Assembly (NCBI GenBank): GCA_013265495.1
Contig: MU061578.1
Span: 1,869,308-1,933,307 of the forward strand
Length of the DNA: 64,000 nt
Source: Vicugna vicugna
Lineage: Eukaryota
Reading direction: 5' to 3'
Each line of letters starts with the position of its first letter. Positions within the stretch are counted from its first letter, which is position 1. The notes beneath the pieces are model-generated. The model did no database searches. It was not told where the DNA came from and was given only the letters and a program-made list of their open reading frames with translations. The position numbers were made by a program, and so were the translations under genes. Shown here piece after piece: positions 13,830 through 26,385 of the stretch.

Positions 13830-14140
13830 CCCAGTAGCACTCAGGAAAGGTGAGGTATGCTGCTGCAACAAATGAGCTCAGAATCCCAGGAGCTTACACG
13901 GTAAAGGTCTGTTTCTTACTCAGGCTATGTGTCATCTGTGGTTTACACCATCAGCTCTACACCATCTTCTCTTGAAAGCCCAGGCTGATGGAGAAGTGAC
14001 TTTTCTGATCTCCTGATAGAGGGAAAAGGGAACGCGATGAATCCTATGTTGGCTCTTAAAGCTTCTGCCCAGAACGATACATCCCTCTCCTCCTGCATTT
14101 CACTGGCTGAAGGAAACCGCATGGCCATTCCTGAACTTTT
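13830..14140 (-). mobile_element. MLT1-family (ERVL-MaLR) LTR
   Basis: tatgctgctgcaacaaat...tggctcttaaagcttctgcccagaa...catttcactggctgaaggaaaccgcatggcca. Confidence 0.7.
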
Positions 14141-14929
14141 TCAAAAGTCAAGCATGTGAAATCCTCCTCCAGTGAGAAACACCACCAGGCGAGAACTCAG
14201 AACGTTTTGTCAGGAATAATAAGTCTATCACAGACCCGCAATACACGATAGAGCTCTGTGTGCAAAAAGAAGGTGGCACGGGTATCAAAGGCAGAATATT
14301 CAAAAGCACGAGAGAGAGGACAGGGATGAAGGAGACTAGGGGAGAGAGGAGAGAGATCGAGGGATCTGAAGAATTCCAAGTCATTAGCTAACTCAGGCTG
14401 AAGCACAGAGTACCAGGAAGGGAGCAGACAGAGTGTGAAAAGGGAAGCTCCTCTTCCTGCCGCGGCTGCACCAAAGCAAACCTGATGGTTGGCACGCGTG
14501 CCCCACACAAGAAGGGCTTGGGAAGCACTGATGTGAAGGAGCCTCCAGGTCTTTCAATGGATATTTAAAACTAAAACCTTCTCCTTCAAGTAATAAGTGG
14601 TATAAGCTATTCAAAATGTCAAGATAAATGGAGGCAGAAGGAAGGACAACATAGGGTAACCAGAGGAACGTGAATGTGCAGATGACAGGTTGCTCATTTC
14701 AGGGTTTTGCCTAATACCTAGACCATGGCCCCAGGTACTTGCTTGTTGAATGCCTCACTGGAAAAAAATCGAATGAGGGGCATCTTTGGACCATCAATCC
14801 ACAGTTCACTTGTACTATCTAAGCCAGAATGACATGAAATGGGGACAGGGCAAAGTTGGATGGTGTGCACTGATTCTCATCCATTCACACTGGGTCAGAG
14901 CCAGTCCCCTACACAGAGCTCAGAATCCT

Positions 14930-15480
14930 TTTAGTCACTTAAGCATTACAGCCTCACTTTCTGTTTACTACATGTTAGGGAGTCTGTTAGATGCTGGGGA
15001 CTCAGTGGTCATCAAGGAAAACAAAGTCCCCAGGAGAAGTAGAAATCAAGTAAGTCAATTAACCAAACAATGTAAAGTTTTGGTGCCATGATAAGAAGAA
15101 ACCATACAGGTTCTGCTTGAGGAGAGCACGCCAAGTACTTAGAGGTTAGGAGGCCTCTCTAGGGATGTGCATTGATCTATGATCCAAATCACTGAAGAGC
15201 TGGAAAGGGAAGACCATTTTAGCCAAGGGCAGCATGTGCAAAGGTCCTGAGGTAGACAAGTGCATGGTGTGTCTGAGGACCTCAGAGAAGGCTTGTGTGC
15301 CGGAAGTGATCTCAGCAAGGAGGTGATTGGGGGGAGATGGGGTGGGATAGGTCTGGATGCCAGCAGATCATATGAGGTCTTGTGGTTACTGGGAGGGCTC
15401 TGATTTCATTTTAAGACTATTTGACTGGTTTTAAACAAGAGAATAGTGTAACCTATTGATCATTTAAGGATAACTACCAT
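14930..15480 (-). mobile_element. L2 LINE
   Basis: agatgctggggactcagtgg...ggcagcatgtgcaaaggtcctgaggtag...ttttaaacaagagaatagtg. Confidence 0.8.
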
Positions 15481-15559
15481 CTCAATGACCCTAGAACTGA
15501 TTACCTACATTGTGCAATTTGGTGGGAGAAAGTCATACGAGTTCTATACAGGGTATGTA

Positions 15560-15700
15560 ATGCACTGTGAAAGGGGTCACCCACTCACTCCCTTGGACCT
15601 CAGTTTCTCTCCCTTCACGGTACAAAGCTGCAAAGCTGACATTCAAAGAGTGATCTGCATTGATTATCCAAGAGAATGTTGAAAAGCCAAGTAAATCACA
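15560..15700 (+). mobile_element. MIR SINE fragment
   Basis: cactcactcccttggacctcagtttctctcc. Confidence 0.55.
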
Positions 15701-16803
15701 TGTTACAAGAAGAGGCCCAGAAAGCAAGTGTGCACAGCTACAGAAATAGGGTAGCTGCAGGTTTTAAGACTATATGAGAGGACAATTATTGGGCTTCCAA
15801 TGCAAATTAGCCAGCAGTCAAAACAAAGTCAAAAACACTCCAGGACAATTGTCCTCATGGAAATCCTTTTGTCTTTTTTTCCTTTAGGCCCACTTGTGAG
15901 TAAAGTGTTGGCTCACTTCATGGCTCCAGCAGATTTAATTCCTATTAATCCTGTTAATAGTGGATGTTGCTGGTGGTGGTCGCTGTTGCCAATTCTTTTG
16001 GTTCCAACTTTCTCCTCCGGAAGGAATGGCATTTTGGGATGAAAGAGTCAAGTTCGCAAATGTAGTGGTGCTTCCCACGCGAATAAATCAGGATATTTAC
16101 CCAACTGTGGCAGGGGGCTTTGTGGGGGATAATGACAAATTTGCAAACAAAAAGCAAATTCCCCACATGACAGAAACAAACGGAGTGACACACATGCTAC
16201 CTAGGAAGCCAGAGGACACCAGCAGAAGTTTTCAGCTCCAATGAAGCAGAGAGGGATGGGGGTAGAGGGGGTGGAAACTGGTTCTTGGTAAATTGGGCAC
16301 AAGATACGCCACATCTGTCAGAGTGAAAGACAGATTGAGGAATGAGAGAAAAAAAAAAAAGCACTTGAGGGAAAGTGTTTCATAACTATACTGCTCCATC
16401 CAAATCAGGCAATTTCAGAAACGTACCTCCAAATACATTTGTTATTTTTCCCCTAATCAACTAAATATTTTCATCAAAGCTTCTCTCATCATATTTCCAC
16501 ATGAAAACATAAACACCGCTCATCCTAACCTCCCAGGTGGAATGATTCCAGGAAAGATGAGGGTGGCCAAGACCTTGCATACACGTGAACTTGGAATAAC
16601 ATTCCTGAAGGGGTGGAAAGTCTGTCACTTGGATACTGAGCAGCACCCTAGGGCACCTTCGTGGCATGGGGCACGCCTCTCCCTTCCAACCCTTGCTGTG
16701 CGGTATCCTGACCTCCCCTGGTCTCCTGAACGAGCCCAGCTCATCCTCATTCCAAGCTTTCCCACGGGCCAGACCTCCTGACTACAACTCTTTCCCTGTC
16801 TCT

Positions 16804-17127
16804 CTCTTTTTTTTTTTTTTTGAGTAAAGGTAGATTTATTTAGAGATACATCAAAAGGCAAGAGAAAGACATGAAGTGTGGAGGTTGACTGCTCAGATTA
16901 GAGTAAAAGTTGGTACACACTCCATAGTCAGAGGGCAGGCGGTCTCTGAAGAAGGGTAGAGGGCGGTGGACACGGGGCACATTGTTGCCAGTTTCTGTGG
17001 GCTCAGGGGCTTCATGTGTTCATAAGTGGAAGGACCTGTCTAGCCTGGGGAAGGCGCTGAGATTCCCAGGAAGTGGGCCATTTCCCACTCTTTGACCTTT
17101 TGTGGCTAGCCTTGGGGACTGCCATGG
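16804..17127 (-). mobile_element. ERV1-like LTR U3-R fragment with poly(A) tail and TSD (probably L1-retroposed)
   Basis: T15 at 16807-16821; TTTATT (AATAAA on minus) at 16835-16840; flanks tccctgtctct (16793-16803) and tccctgcctct (17128-17138). The body resembles cetartiodactyl ERV1 LTRs (recalled). Confidence 0.7.
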
Positions 17128-17704
17128 TCCCTGCCTCTTGATCGGGTGACTTTATCTCTTACTTTGGGCCAAAGTCTACTGTCTTCTCTTCAAAGCTGCC
17201 TTCCCTGCCAACCCTGAATCTAAACTGGCATGCTCACTGACTCCGTGCCTCTTTGCAACTTCATCCCGTTTATTTCCGTAATTGTGCTGACTGTGATCTA
17301 TTATTTCTAGGAGGACCGGGAACTGGCCTGCCCTGTGTCCCCCTGTAACCTGGTGCTTAGATCAACAAGTGCTCTCTTGGAAGAAGGTATATGGAGGACA
17401 CAAAGAAAACCAGAGATGAGCAGGACATGATCCCTGCTAACACAGGATTGATCAAGCTTCTTAATGGTTCCACCCAAAGCAGAAATAATAAAGAAATCAC
17501 AGCCCGCAGTGCTTGGTTGTGATTCTCCCAGAACCTAAGAAAAGCCAGGCTTAACAGCAGGGTGAAAAGAAACACGAGCCCACAATTGTCTGAAAAGACT
17601 TCACAACCCCCTTAACAGTAAATGAGCCACAAAAAAATATTTTCAACCAACGCTTTCAAGATGTTGCTGCTGTAAACACTGTCTCCATCCAGGTGGATGT
17701 GACC

Positions 17705-17745
17705 ATCAATTACACTTCAATTAAAAAAAAAGAAAAAAGAAAGAA
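17705..17745 (+). mobile_element. Extremely 5'-truncated L1 3' terminus
   Basis: atcaattacacttcaattaaaaaaaaag matches the L1 ends at 36308-36335 and 25025-25050. Confidence 0.55.
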
Positions 17746-18189
17746 GGCAGGAAGGATGAGATGGGCAGAAGAGTGATGGAGTCATGCCAAACTTTTTTTT
17801 TAACTATCAGAATACGTCAATTAATCATCAAATTTTGGTGTGACAGAAATGGCTGTATGCTATTGTATCACCTTTCTGTGCCTAAAAAGAATCAGGAGAG
17901 AATTCTGGAATGATCAGGATGTTTCACCCAGCCCTCACCTAGATTTCACTCTCCTGAGTACCCTGTCTTTGATGCTGCCCTAATCTATTGAGATGACATC
18001 ACTTTTCTAAGGGCAGAACTTTTGATTCTCCCTACGTGCTTCTACGTTTCTGGCCCATCTTTCTGTCAGAGCTGGATACAGCTTAGAAACTGGGTCACGT
18101 TAACCAAGAAGACAATTTTTAAAAAAAGACGGATGTGACCAAGAGAGGTATTCACGTACTTCCAACATCCCCCTTACTTCTTAAGAAGA

Positions 18190-18615
18190 AACCCGGAGCT
18201 TCAGCAGGGCATATGGTTACCCAGGATAAATACAGCTTTGCCCAGCCTCCTTTGCAGATAGGTGTAGCCATGAGGCTAAGTCCCAGCTAATTAAATGTAA
18301 GTGACGTTGGTATGTACAACTTCCAGAAAGCAGCCTTGAAAAGAGGAACTGGGGTCCAGCTTCCCCAGTTCTCTCTGGTGCCTGTTGGAATGAGAATATG
18401 ATGGTGGAAGATCTTACATCAGAAGGTGGAGCACAAGTGTTGAGGACGGTGGAGTACCTGAACAGAAGGACAATGTGGGCATCGCCACAGCAGCCCTGTC
18501 CTCCTTAACTCTGGATTTCATTTTATGCCAGAAAAAATGTAAACTCTTAACTTGTAAAAACCACTGTTTTCTTGCAACTATCCCTTTGCAACGTAGCCCA
18601 ACCCTAGCCGACCCA
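18190..18615 (+). mobile_element. LTR33/LTR16-like ERVL solo LTR
   Basis: cccagcctcctttgcagataggtgtagccatgaggctaagt...aacttccagaaag. Confidence 0.7.
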
Positions 18616-19534
18616 ACTGGCCCAGAAAAAAACTCAATAAAGATGACATCGGAGAAGCGTGGTGGAATCGCCGGGAACCAGAGGTGACTCCCAGAATGAG
18701 GCTGACCCAGCAAATGCCTGTTTCTGTTTGTCTGTTCCCTGGTCAGAATGACTCCCGTGCTGCATGTCGGAGCCACAGAAATGACCACACTCTCCATTTG
18801 AATTCGGGGAGAGGCCAGGACAGCCAACTGTTTGAAAGTAGCTTTGGCTTTGACCCACTACTTTGGCAGGAGGTAGTCTGAGCAAAACCAGCTCTGCTCA
18901 GGATGGAAGAACAGAAAGGTGGGAGTAACAGCAGGACCCGGAGACCTCAATTTTGGTGAAACACAGCTCTGGGACCTTGCCCGAGCTCTCCTGCCTCCTG
19001 CAAGGGAAGGACAGCTGCCCACTTTCCTCTCATCCCCTGGGCACGTGAGGACCACACTCCCTCCAGCTGCCTGTCCACAAGCCTACACAGAAACTGACTC
19101 TCATCTGTGTTCTTCTTAAATGTTCCGTTGTGTATTCCAAACGACTTTTCCCTCTGGGGCAGGGGGTGACACATCGCAAGTTGACGACAGCATTCTGAGA
19201 AGAAGGTAGTTTTCCCAGTTCTAGCAGATACACATTTTGTCCCTGTGCCAAGGGAGAATCAACAGCACTGCTCTTTTAGGCAATGACACCTTCACTTTCT
19301 CAAAGGAAGCACGCTTTCTTGGTACAGATATGTGACCGTTTCCTCTCTATGGCTTTTAATGAAAACCTATGAACAGATTTCTCCTGCCATTCTGTTCCAC
19401 TCCATGACACTCCAGCCCACCCCACCCCAGGATTCAAGCCGTGCTCAGTTTGGACGGGAGCTCTGTGACCCCACGGGTCCTTCAACCTCCCTGAAGGCAC
19501 ATAATTACCCCTCAGTCATGTGATGACCATGAGG

Positions 19535-19750
19535 ACATGAACCATTCACTGTGTGTCCAGTCACCGGGCCAGCCCTTTGCAAGAACCATCGCTTCTCATC
19601 CCCACAAAGCCCTAAGACACGCACACTTTAGCATCCTCATGATGCAGGTGGGGAGACTGGCACACAGATAGTGATTAAGTGGCGCGTATCCAGCCACAAG
19701 ACTAATGGGTCACGGGTATGCAATTTGAACCCAGGAGTTAGGATTCCAGA
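19535..19750 (-). mobile_element. MIR SINE
   Basis: gcaggtggggagactggcacacaga...aatttgaacccagg. Confidence 0.75.
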
Positions 19751-21004
19751 TTCCCCTGTGATATAAAAGCAGAAAGTGTCCTCATGCTGCCTGCCAAGAC
19801 CTCCCAGAGGAGCTTTTCCAGAGACAGTCCATCAACCCCGGGCAGAGCCACAGGGAGGGAATAGAAGCCAGGGTCCCTATATGTCCAAGGGCTTCAAACA
19901 CCTAAAACTCTAGTGGCAACACTTTGGGGTCAACCACATGTCATTTCAAATCAGATGGAGGAGCTTGATCCTGAAACTTCTCTGTGCTCGATGGAGAGAA
20001 GCAGACAGAAAGTAATCTGGGACATCCATAAACCAGAGTCGCCTCTGTCCAGCAATGACAAAGAAAAGTATGTTTAATCCTGTGGCAATCTGTCAAGTGT
20101 CACGGAATCCGGGCCGCATATAAAGCACAGCATTATTTTCAATGGGAGATCATTCTCCCAGCTCAACAGATTTTGTAGAGTCAATGGGTATCTGGGATCA
20201 GAAGCCTGCAGATTTATGGTGGTGGCTGTGGACCAGAATTGAAAGTCTCACATGCCATTTCTCACAAAGATAAAGGAATTATTTAAACAGGACCATGTGT
20301 GGAACCCTGAAAGGAGAAATGGACTTATTTCCATCAGAGAGTTTAAAAGCACCAATCTCTTGGGCCTCTGTCTCTACTCCATGCCCTCAGAGAGTCTGAA
20401 AGGGAATACAGGGTGGTGAATCAAGAAGGAAAAGTGACTTTGCAGAAGAGAGAAAGAAGGAAGATAGTTTCGTTCCTGCACGAGCTCACTGGAGAGAAGG
20501 AAGGGGGAATGGCGATGCAGCTACATCTGTGCACATTTCTCAAGAAGGAGGCCCCACGAGCCTCCTCGTTCGGGATGTGAGTTGTGCTGAAGTTCTCAGG
20601 CGCTCCGTCGCTGAACTCTGCGTGAAGGATGGACGGGGTCAGCAGGATACTGAAAAGACCTCAGGCTGAGCCTTCTGCTAGTGAAACAAGCAAAAGCAAA
20701 GAAATGATGATAGATTTAATTGGAGAGTAGCTGACCTGGATAAGAAAACTGAGTAAATAAACAATAGGTGATCTAAGCGAGGCTCGTGTCCAGTTTCAGT
20801 CAGAGAAATTAATGAAAAATTCGCACAGGCCCACATTTGGAACATGCAGCTCAAGTTCTCCTGTCTGACACAGTAAAAGTAAGTCCCAGATGCCCTGTCA
20901 GAAACAAGCAGCAATGTTGCTACAGACAATGAGTATGAGAAAAGTCTGGGCCTCCTTGCTCCATATGGTTCATCAGATGTTATAAAGAAACCTGGAATCT
21001 TGTT

Positions 21005-21245
21005 GATTCGTTCATTTATTCTTTTCTATAACTTTTTTTTTTTAAATTTACCTACCTTGGCTAAAGTGAAATGCCCAAAAAGAAGTAGGGGAAGATAAGA
21101 ACAGAAAACAGAGGGTTGGGACCATGGAAGGCATTCAATATCACTGAGTGGCTTAGAGTTGATCTGAGAAGCAATAGGGAGCCATTGAAAGTGTTTGAGC
21201 AGAGGTGAGAGATGCAGCTGGGAGAGATTTACTTGGAAAAGGGAT
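21005..21245 (-). mobile_element. L2 LINE fragments
   Basis: gattcgttcatttattc...gcaatagggagccattgaaagtgtttgagcagag. Confidence 0.65.
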
Positions 21246-22022
21246 GCAAAATTAATCAGTGGATATATGCACACACACACTAAAGGCACACTCACTCTGC
21301 AGAGGAATCCTTGCTCTAGACAAATGATAAAATTTGAATAAGTGATATGGTCCTAAATGGGGTCAAGGTGAAGGTCAGCACATCTTTGCTATCACTGCGA
21401 CTTCAAGTATTACCACTTCTGGGGCTATTTTGGTTGATTATGCAACACAAACAAGAGCATAGATGCTTCAGCAGTTTTCTTTCTAAATTCCTTTCATGGC
21501 CAGCTGGCTGTGGAGGGCTGAGTGAATGTAGACCGAAAAGCACAATTCTAAGGAGTTTTAAAAATAAATAAAATGTTACAAAAGAGGCCAGGCTAAGGGC
21601 AGTGTGGATTTTCCCCAGAACCTCAACATCAGATGTTGCTGCATGTCGTTGTCTTTTCCTGCGGATGGTGAGAAGGGAGACTTGGCTAACACCTCTGCTG
21701 AGCATAAATTTACTGTTCCTTTGGCGGTGAGACCATCTTAATCAAGTTAGAAAAATAAAACACATCAAAAAATGAAACAAGCGTTTCCTTCTAAATGCCC
21801 CAGGCTCCCACGAGTCTTTCTCGGAGCTCCTATAAACATTACATCTACTCGTGGGCATCCTACCGGCAGTAGAGACGCTGGGCTAGGCTTTGGGATACAC
21901 ACATCCTTAACACTGCCCCTGCCAAGGTTTACTGCAGCCTTCTCGGGGGTCTCCCTGCTTCTGGTCCCACATGCCTTACTTCTTCTTTCCATCCCACTAC
22001 TGTGGGCACCATCTTCCTAAAC

Positions 22023-22239
22023 AACAGTTTCTCAACAGAAGGTGGCTTTCTCCCCCAGGGGACATCTGGCAATATCTGGGGACACCTCTGGTCATCGTAA
22101 TAGGGAGGAAGCATGCTCCTGGCGTCTAGTGAGTAGAGGTCAAGGATGCTGCTCACCCTCCCTAAATGCCCAGGACAGAAACCCACAGCAAAGAACCGTC
22201 GGCAGAATATGTCTATAGTTCCGAAGTCGAAAAGCCCAG
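22023..22239 (+). mobile_element. MER20 (hAT-Charlie MITE) nested in an L2 remnant
   Basis: ttctcaac...ccccaggggacatctggcaatatctgg...gtagaggtcaaggatgctgct. Perfect 8-bp TSD tcctaaac at 22015-22022 and 22240-22247. Confidence 0.88.
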
Positions 22240-24344
22240 TCCTAAACACATCAATTATGTTGGTTTCCACGCTTTTCAAAATTCCACAAGATCCGGTCTC
22301 ACCGATGTCTCTGATTCATCTCTGTGTCCCACTGGTCCTCTGTGAACCCCCTGATGTTGAATGCTTCGTGCTTTCAGCCTACGTTAACCTGAGAGGCACC
22401 TGCCTCTTCCTGCCTCAGTCCTTTTACTCATCCTCTGCCATACTGGTCTGTTCTTCCTACCTGATGGCCAGATGTTACCATCCTTTCAGGAGGATTTTCT
22501 CAGAGAACCTCGAAGTCAACGCGATCACCATCTACGCAGGACACTGAACAGTGTGCATCTTTCTCTGATTGACATCCACCTGTGCCCACATGTATGATGA
22601 GCTCCCTTCCTTGGTCTTAAAGTCCCAATCATCATTTATTCGCACGTCTCACACAACGAGTCTACCCAGAGCCACAGTTGCAACTCTCACTTCTTCTATT
22701 CTTATGCCATTTGTGCTTTCAATCCCTTGGCCAAGCAAAGTCCTCCTTCCACATCCAGCCTGGTGTAGCGGGATGCTGGAGAAAGTGGTCCTGAATTAAC
22801 CTGGATGTTGCTGCATCTCAAGTACCAAACTGAGTTTCCTGGGACTGGGGATGAAGAATCTGGGGGCTTGTCTTCACCGTGAGCCTCTGACAAGCAGAGA
22901 CCACAGCACAAGAGGGGATCAAACCAAAAAGTATTGATTCGGAAATACTCTCAGGCTCCACGCATCTCCCAGACTGACCACCAGATTGGTCACTCAGGGC
23001 ATCTCCCTCCCCAGTCTACTGATCTGTCAGACAGGTGCTGGGACACATGGATGCTGACTTTGGGAATGACAGGAGAAGGAGGAATAGGAGGGCCCACGGA
23101 GACAGGCCAAACCATACCCATGATAATAAGATGGAAAAGAAAAGGAGAGGATTGAATAGGCGAAGGGGGAAAGGCAGGGGGAGGGTGGGCACAGCCAAGG
23201 AAAGGTTGTGACACCAAATAAATCCAAGAGAATAGGGAAGAAAAGAAGACATGAGAAGTGTCCCTGATGATCATAAACTGAATTCCCTTTAATGTATATA
23301 TATTTCTTTTTCCAGGAGAATTCAGTCCGTTGTCTTCAATTACTTTCATTTTCAAAGTCTATTTGAGTATCACTCACTGTTCTACTCCACGGACGAGTTC
23401 AGTAACGAGACTGGATTATACAGGTCATAGGTCTTATATGAGGGTTGCACAGACATGAAGGAACATCTTTTCTATGGAAAAAGGAACTGAAAGTAAGAGT
23501 GGTCACTCACTCTGCCCCAATCAGGTATAGCTGTGATTATGACCAAGCCCCCACTCAACCACTTCATCCATCTGCCTCTCAAAATAAAGGGTTTAACGTC
23601 ACATTAGTTTACTATTAATTATTATTATTATTCACAAAGGTCTTATTGCCAATGATAGGGCTCTGCATAATTTTCTGACTTGTAATGACTATCTCCATGA
23701 TTTTGATGGAAACAACCACATATGTAGATGCATACATAGATGAAAGTTCCTTATGGATACATCTGTTTAGTTCATATCCATCCGTAAACTCCTGAACCAT
23801 AAGTGTACAGGTAGGCAACCTACAATAGCTTTGCCTACAGAGCAGATACTCAGTAAATGCTATTAATGGCGATGCTTACAAATGCACAGGACCACGGGCT
23901 CCATCAAGCAAAGGAGCCTACAATTCTCACTGGAATTCCTTTTATCCTAAGTTTCTCTTTCCACCGTGTCTCACAGGCTGTATCAGAGAGAGCTCAAGTC
24001 CCCTGGTGTATGTTTGTCACGGACCCTTTGTTCCCTGTTCTTTATGAGAGTTTCGTCCTCCTCAGAGTTGAGGAGAAAAATAACCCATTTATATTCTCTG
24101 CAATACTCTTTGGGTTTTATTCCAATTGCTACGGTGACAGGGGCTGCTACAAAGAGAAATACCGATGCAAGCAAGGAGTTAAGTGCACTGCTGCTTCGAA
24201 TGCAGTGAGCTGGTCAGATGGCTCAGAAGGAAGAGGGAGGAGGCAGGGTTTTGAGTTCTAAATTTCAATGACCGACAGACATATACATCCCTATCTACCT
24301 ATCTACCTACCTACCTACTCACAAATCATTGATTTAGCTTTGGT

Positions 24345-24500
24345 TGGGAGACCAAATACCACGTGGTGAAGAGTGCGAATTTAGAGCTCAGAGAGACCAG
24401 GTAGTGGTACAGACTCTGTGTGGGTGATTCTGGGAAATGAATCTGAGTCCTCGCACCTAAGGCACAGGGATGATGACAGTGCCACCTAACTTAGAGGTCT
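24345..24500 (+). mobile_element. MIR SINE (degenerate)
   Basis: gtggtgaagagtgcgaatttagagctcagagagacc...tctgagtcctc...gggatgatgacagtg. Confidence 0.55.
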
Positions 24501-24662
24501 GCTCTAAGTTCCCCAGGAGTTGGTACATGCAGGTTGTAGAGTCCAACTCACGTTCCAGAGTAGGTGGTCCCCCAAAGACGGACGTGATGACTTTGGGCAG
24601 TGCTAAAAGGATGGTTATTACAAGAGATGTTGGAAATAAATTAGACTGCTTTTAAAAGTAAC

Positions 24663-25079
24663 ACTTTCACTTAGGATTATGATCTCCAGATCCATCCATG
24701 TTGCTACAAATGGCATGATTGGGTTGTTTTTTATGGCTGAATGGTATTCCATGTATAAATATATCATAGCTTCTTTATCCAGTCCTCTGTCAATGGACCT
24801 TTAGGTGGAGAAGGTGTGAGAAGGGATAAATTGGGAGTTCCAGATTTGTAAATGTTAACTACTATATGTAAACTAGATAAAAACTAGTTTTCTTCTGTAT
24901 AGTGCAGGGAACTATATTCAATATCTTGTAGTAACCTCCAATGGAAAAGTATATGAAAATGAATACATATATGTATATGTATGACTGAAACATTATGCTG
25001 GGCACCAGAAACTGACACACTGTAACTGACTATACTTCAATTAAATAAAGAAAGATATAATTTTTTAAAATAATTTCTG
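24663..25079 (+). mobile_element. L1 3' end with 5' inversion (minus segment 24663-24806, plus segment 24807 to tail)
   Basis: The first part is antisense ORF2 end (ttcacttagg...ccatccatgttgc). The second part is sense 3'UTR ending ctatacttcaattaaataaag. Candidate TSD aaaagtaac at 24654-24662 and 25080-25088. Confidence 0.85.
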
Positions 25080-25124
25080 AAAAGTAACTTTTTGTTGAAA
25101 CCTCTAATGTTGACCTCTAAGAGG

Positions 25125-25440
25125 ACTTGGAGTTCAATGAGACCTGAGTTCAAATGCCAACTTTGGCATTTACTAGAGGGACAGATGTGTGTAACAGAGA
25201 GGGAGGGAGAGAAAGAGGGAGGGAGGGAGAGCAGGGCAGAGAGAGAGGGAGAGAAAAGGAGGAGAATCCAGTCACCTCCTTTCAATAGTCCAGGATCCAG
25301 TGCCCTTATCTGTAAAAGGGGCTGACAACACTGCCTACCTCACAGGGTCATCGTGAGGAATAAATTATATAATACATGGACATAGGTAGTCTAGCATATT
25401 ATTGGTCACATGGTGCACACACAAGAAATGGTCGTTCTTG
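25125..25440 (+). mobile_element. MIR SINE interrupted by a purine-rich low-complexity tract
   Basis: gacctgagttcaaatgcc...[GA-rich 25196-25266]...tatctgtaaaagggg...cctacctcacagggt. Confidence 0.7.
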
Positions 25441-25954
25441 AACAATCCTTCTACTATTAACTGTCCGCATGGGCTGTGCCGACACTCCCCATTCACACCC
25501 ATCTGAGAACAGGTTTGGAACGTCTTCTTATCAGGAGCTATTTGCTAATTCCCCATGCAGAATTTAAACCTTGAATTTCCCATGTATTTATCATATCTGA
25601 GTATCTGTTGCAAATTTACAAAACCACTGTTGTCCTTCTGCCTCCTGCTTACATATAGTCAGGAACAGACATTTCAGGGAGAAAAAAAAAAACAGCTTGG
25701 CATGAGAAAGAAAACAAACAGGAGCATCCTACCATACAATATCCTGCTCTTCTGACCAGCTGGGGCTTTTGGAATTTTTTCAGGTGCAGGACTGATCAGA
25801 TCCTTACACTTACCCTGATACGGTATTCCTTATAAAATTTAACTTGAATAAAATTTGGAAGACACTTTCTCTGTCATGGTATCCAATGTCCCAAATCCAC
25901 AGATAATAAATATCTGACTTTTGGTTCTCAGTGGCTATAATTACAAGAAAGCAA

Positions 25955-26385
25955 GGGCTTTGGTGACAGAAATATAAATTCAATTCCTGACCTCACCATA
26001 TGCTGGCTGTGTGACCTTGGGCCAGTGACTTAACCTTTCTGAGCCCTCTGTAACAAGAGGATGACAACAGTACCTACATCAGAGGCAGGGCTCCCACCTG
26101 GTTCAAAAGCATACTGTCAAGACCTTAGTCCATGGGACTCCCATTCCCTGGGGGCGGAGCTCCTGTCCCTTGGGTGGTTTTGAAGATGAGTTAGTACCTG
26201 CCGGCACTTAGCACCGCACGTGGCACACAGTAAATGCCAAATAACTGCTGCGGTCACTTCTTCCTGTCATTACTATTATTGTTGTTGTTGTTGTTGTAGG
26301 ATTGCTGTGAGGACTGAATGTGATACTCCCAGTAAAATGCTGAGCACAACGGCTGAACTGTGAGCAGCTCTCATTAAGTAACAGC
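25955..26385 (+). mobile_element. Tandem MIR pieces separated by (TTG)n
   Basis: tgctggctgtgtgaccttgggccagtgacttaacctttctgagcc...tggcacacagtaaatgc; a second MIR tail starts at ~26296. Confidence 0.8.
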
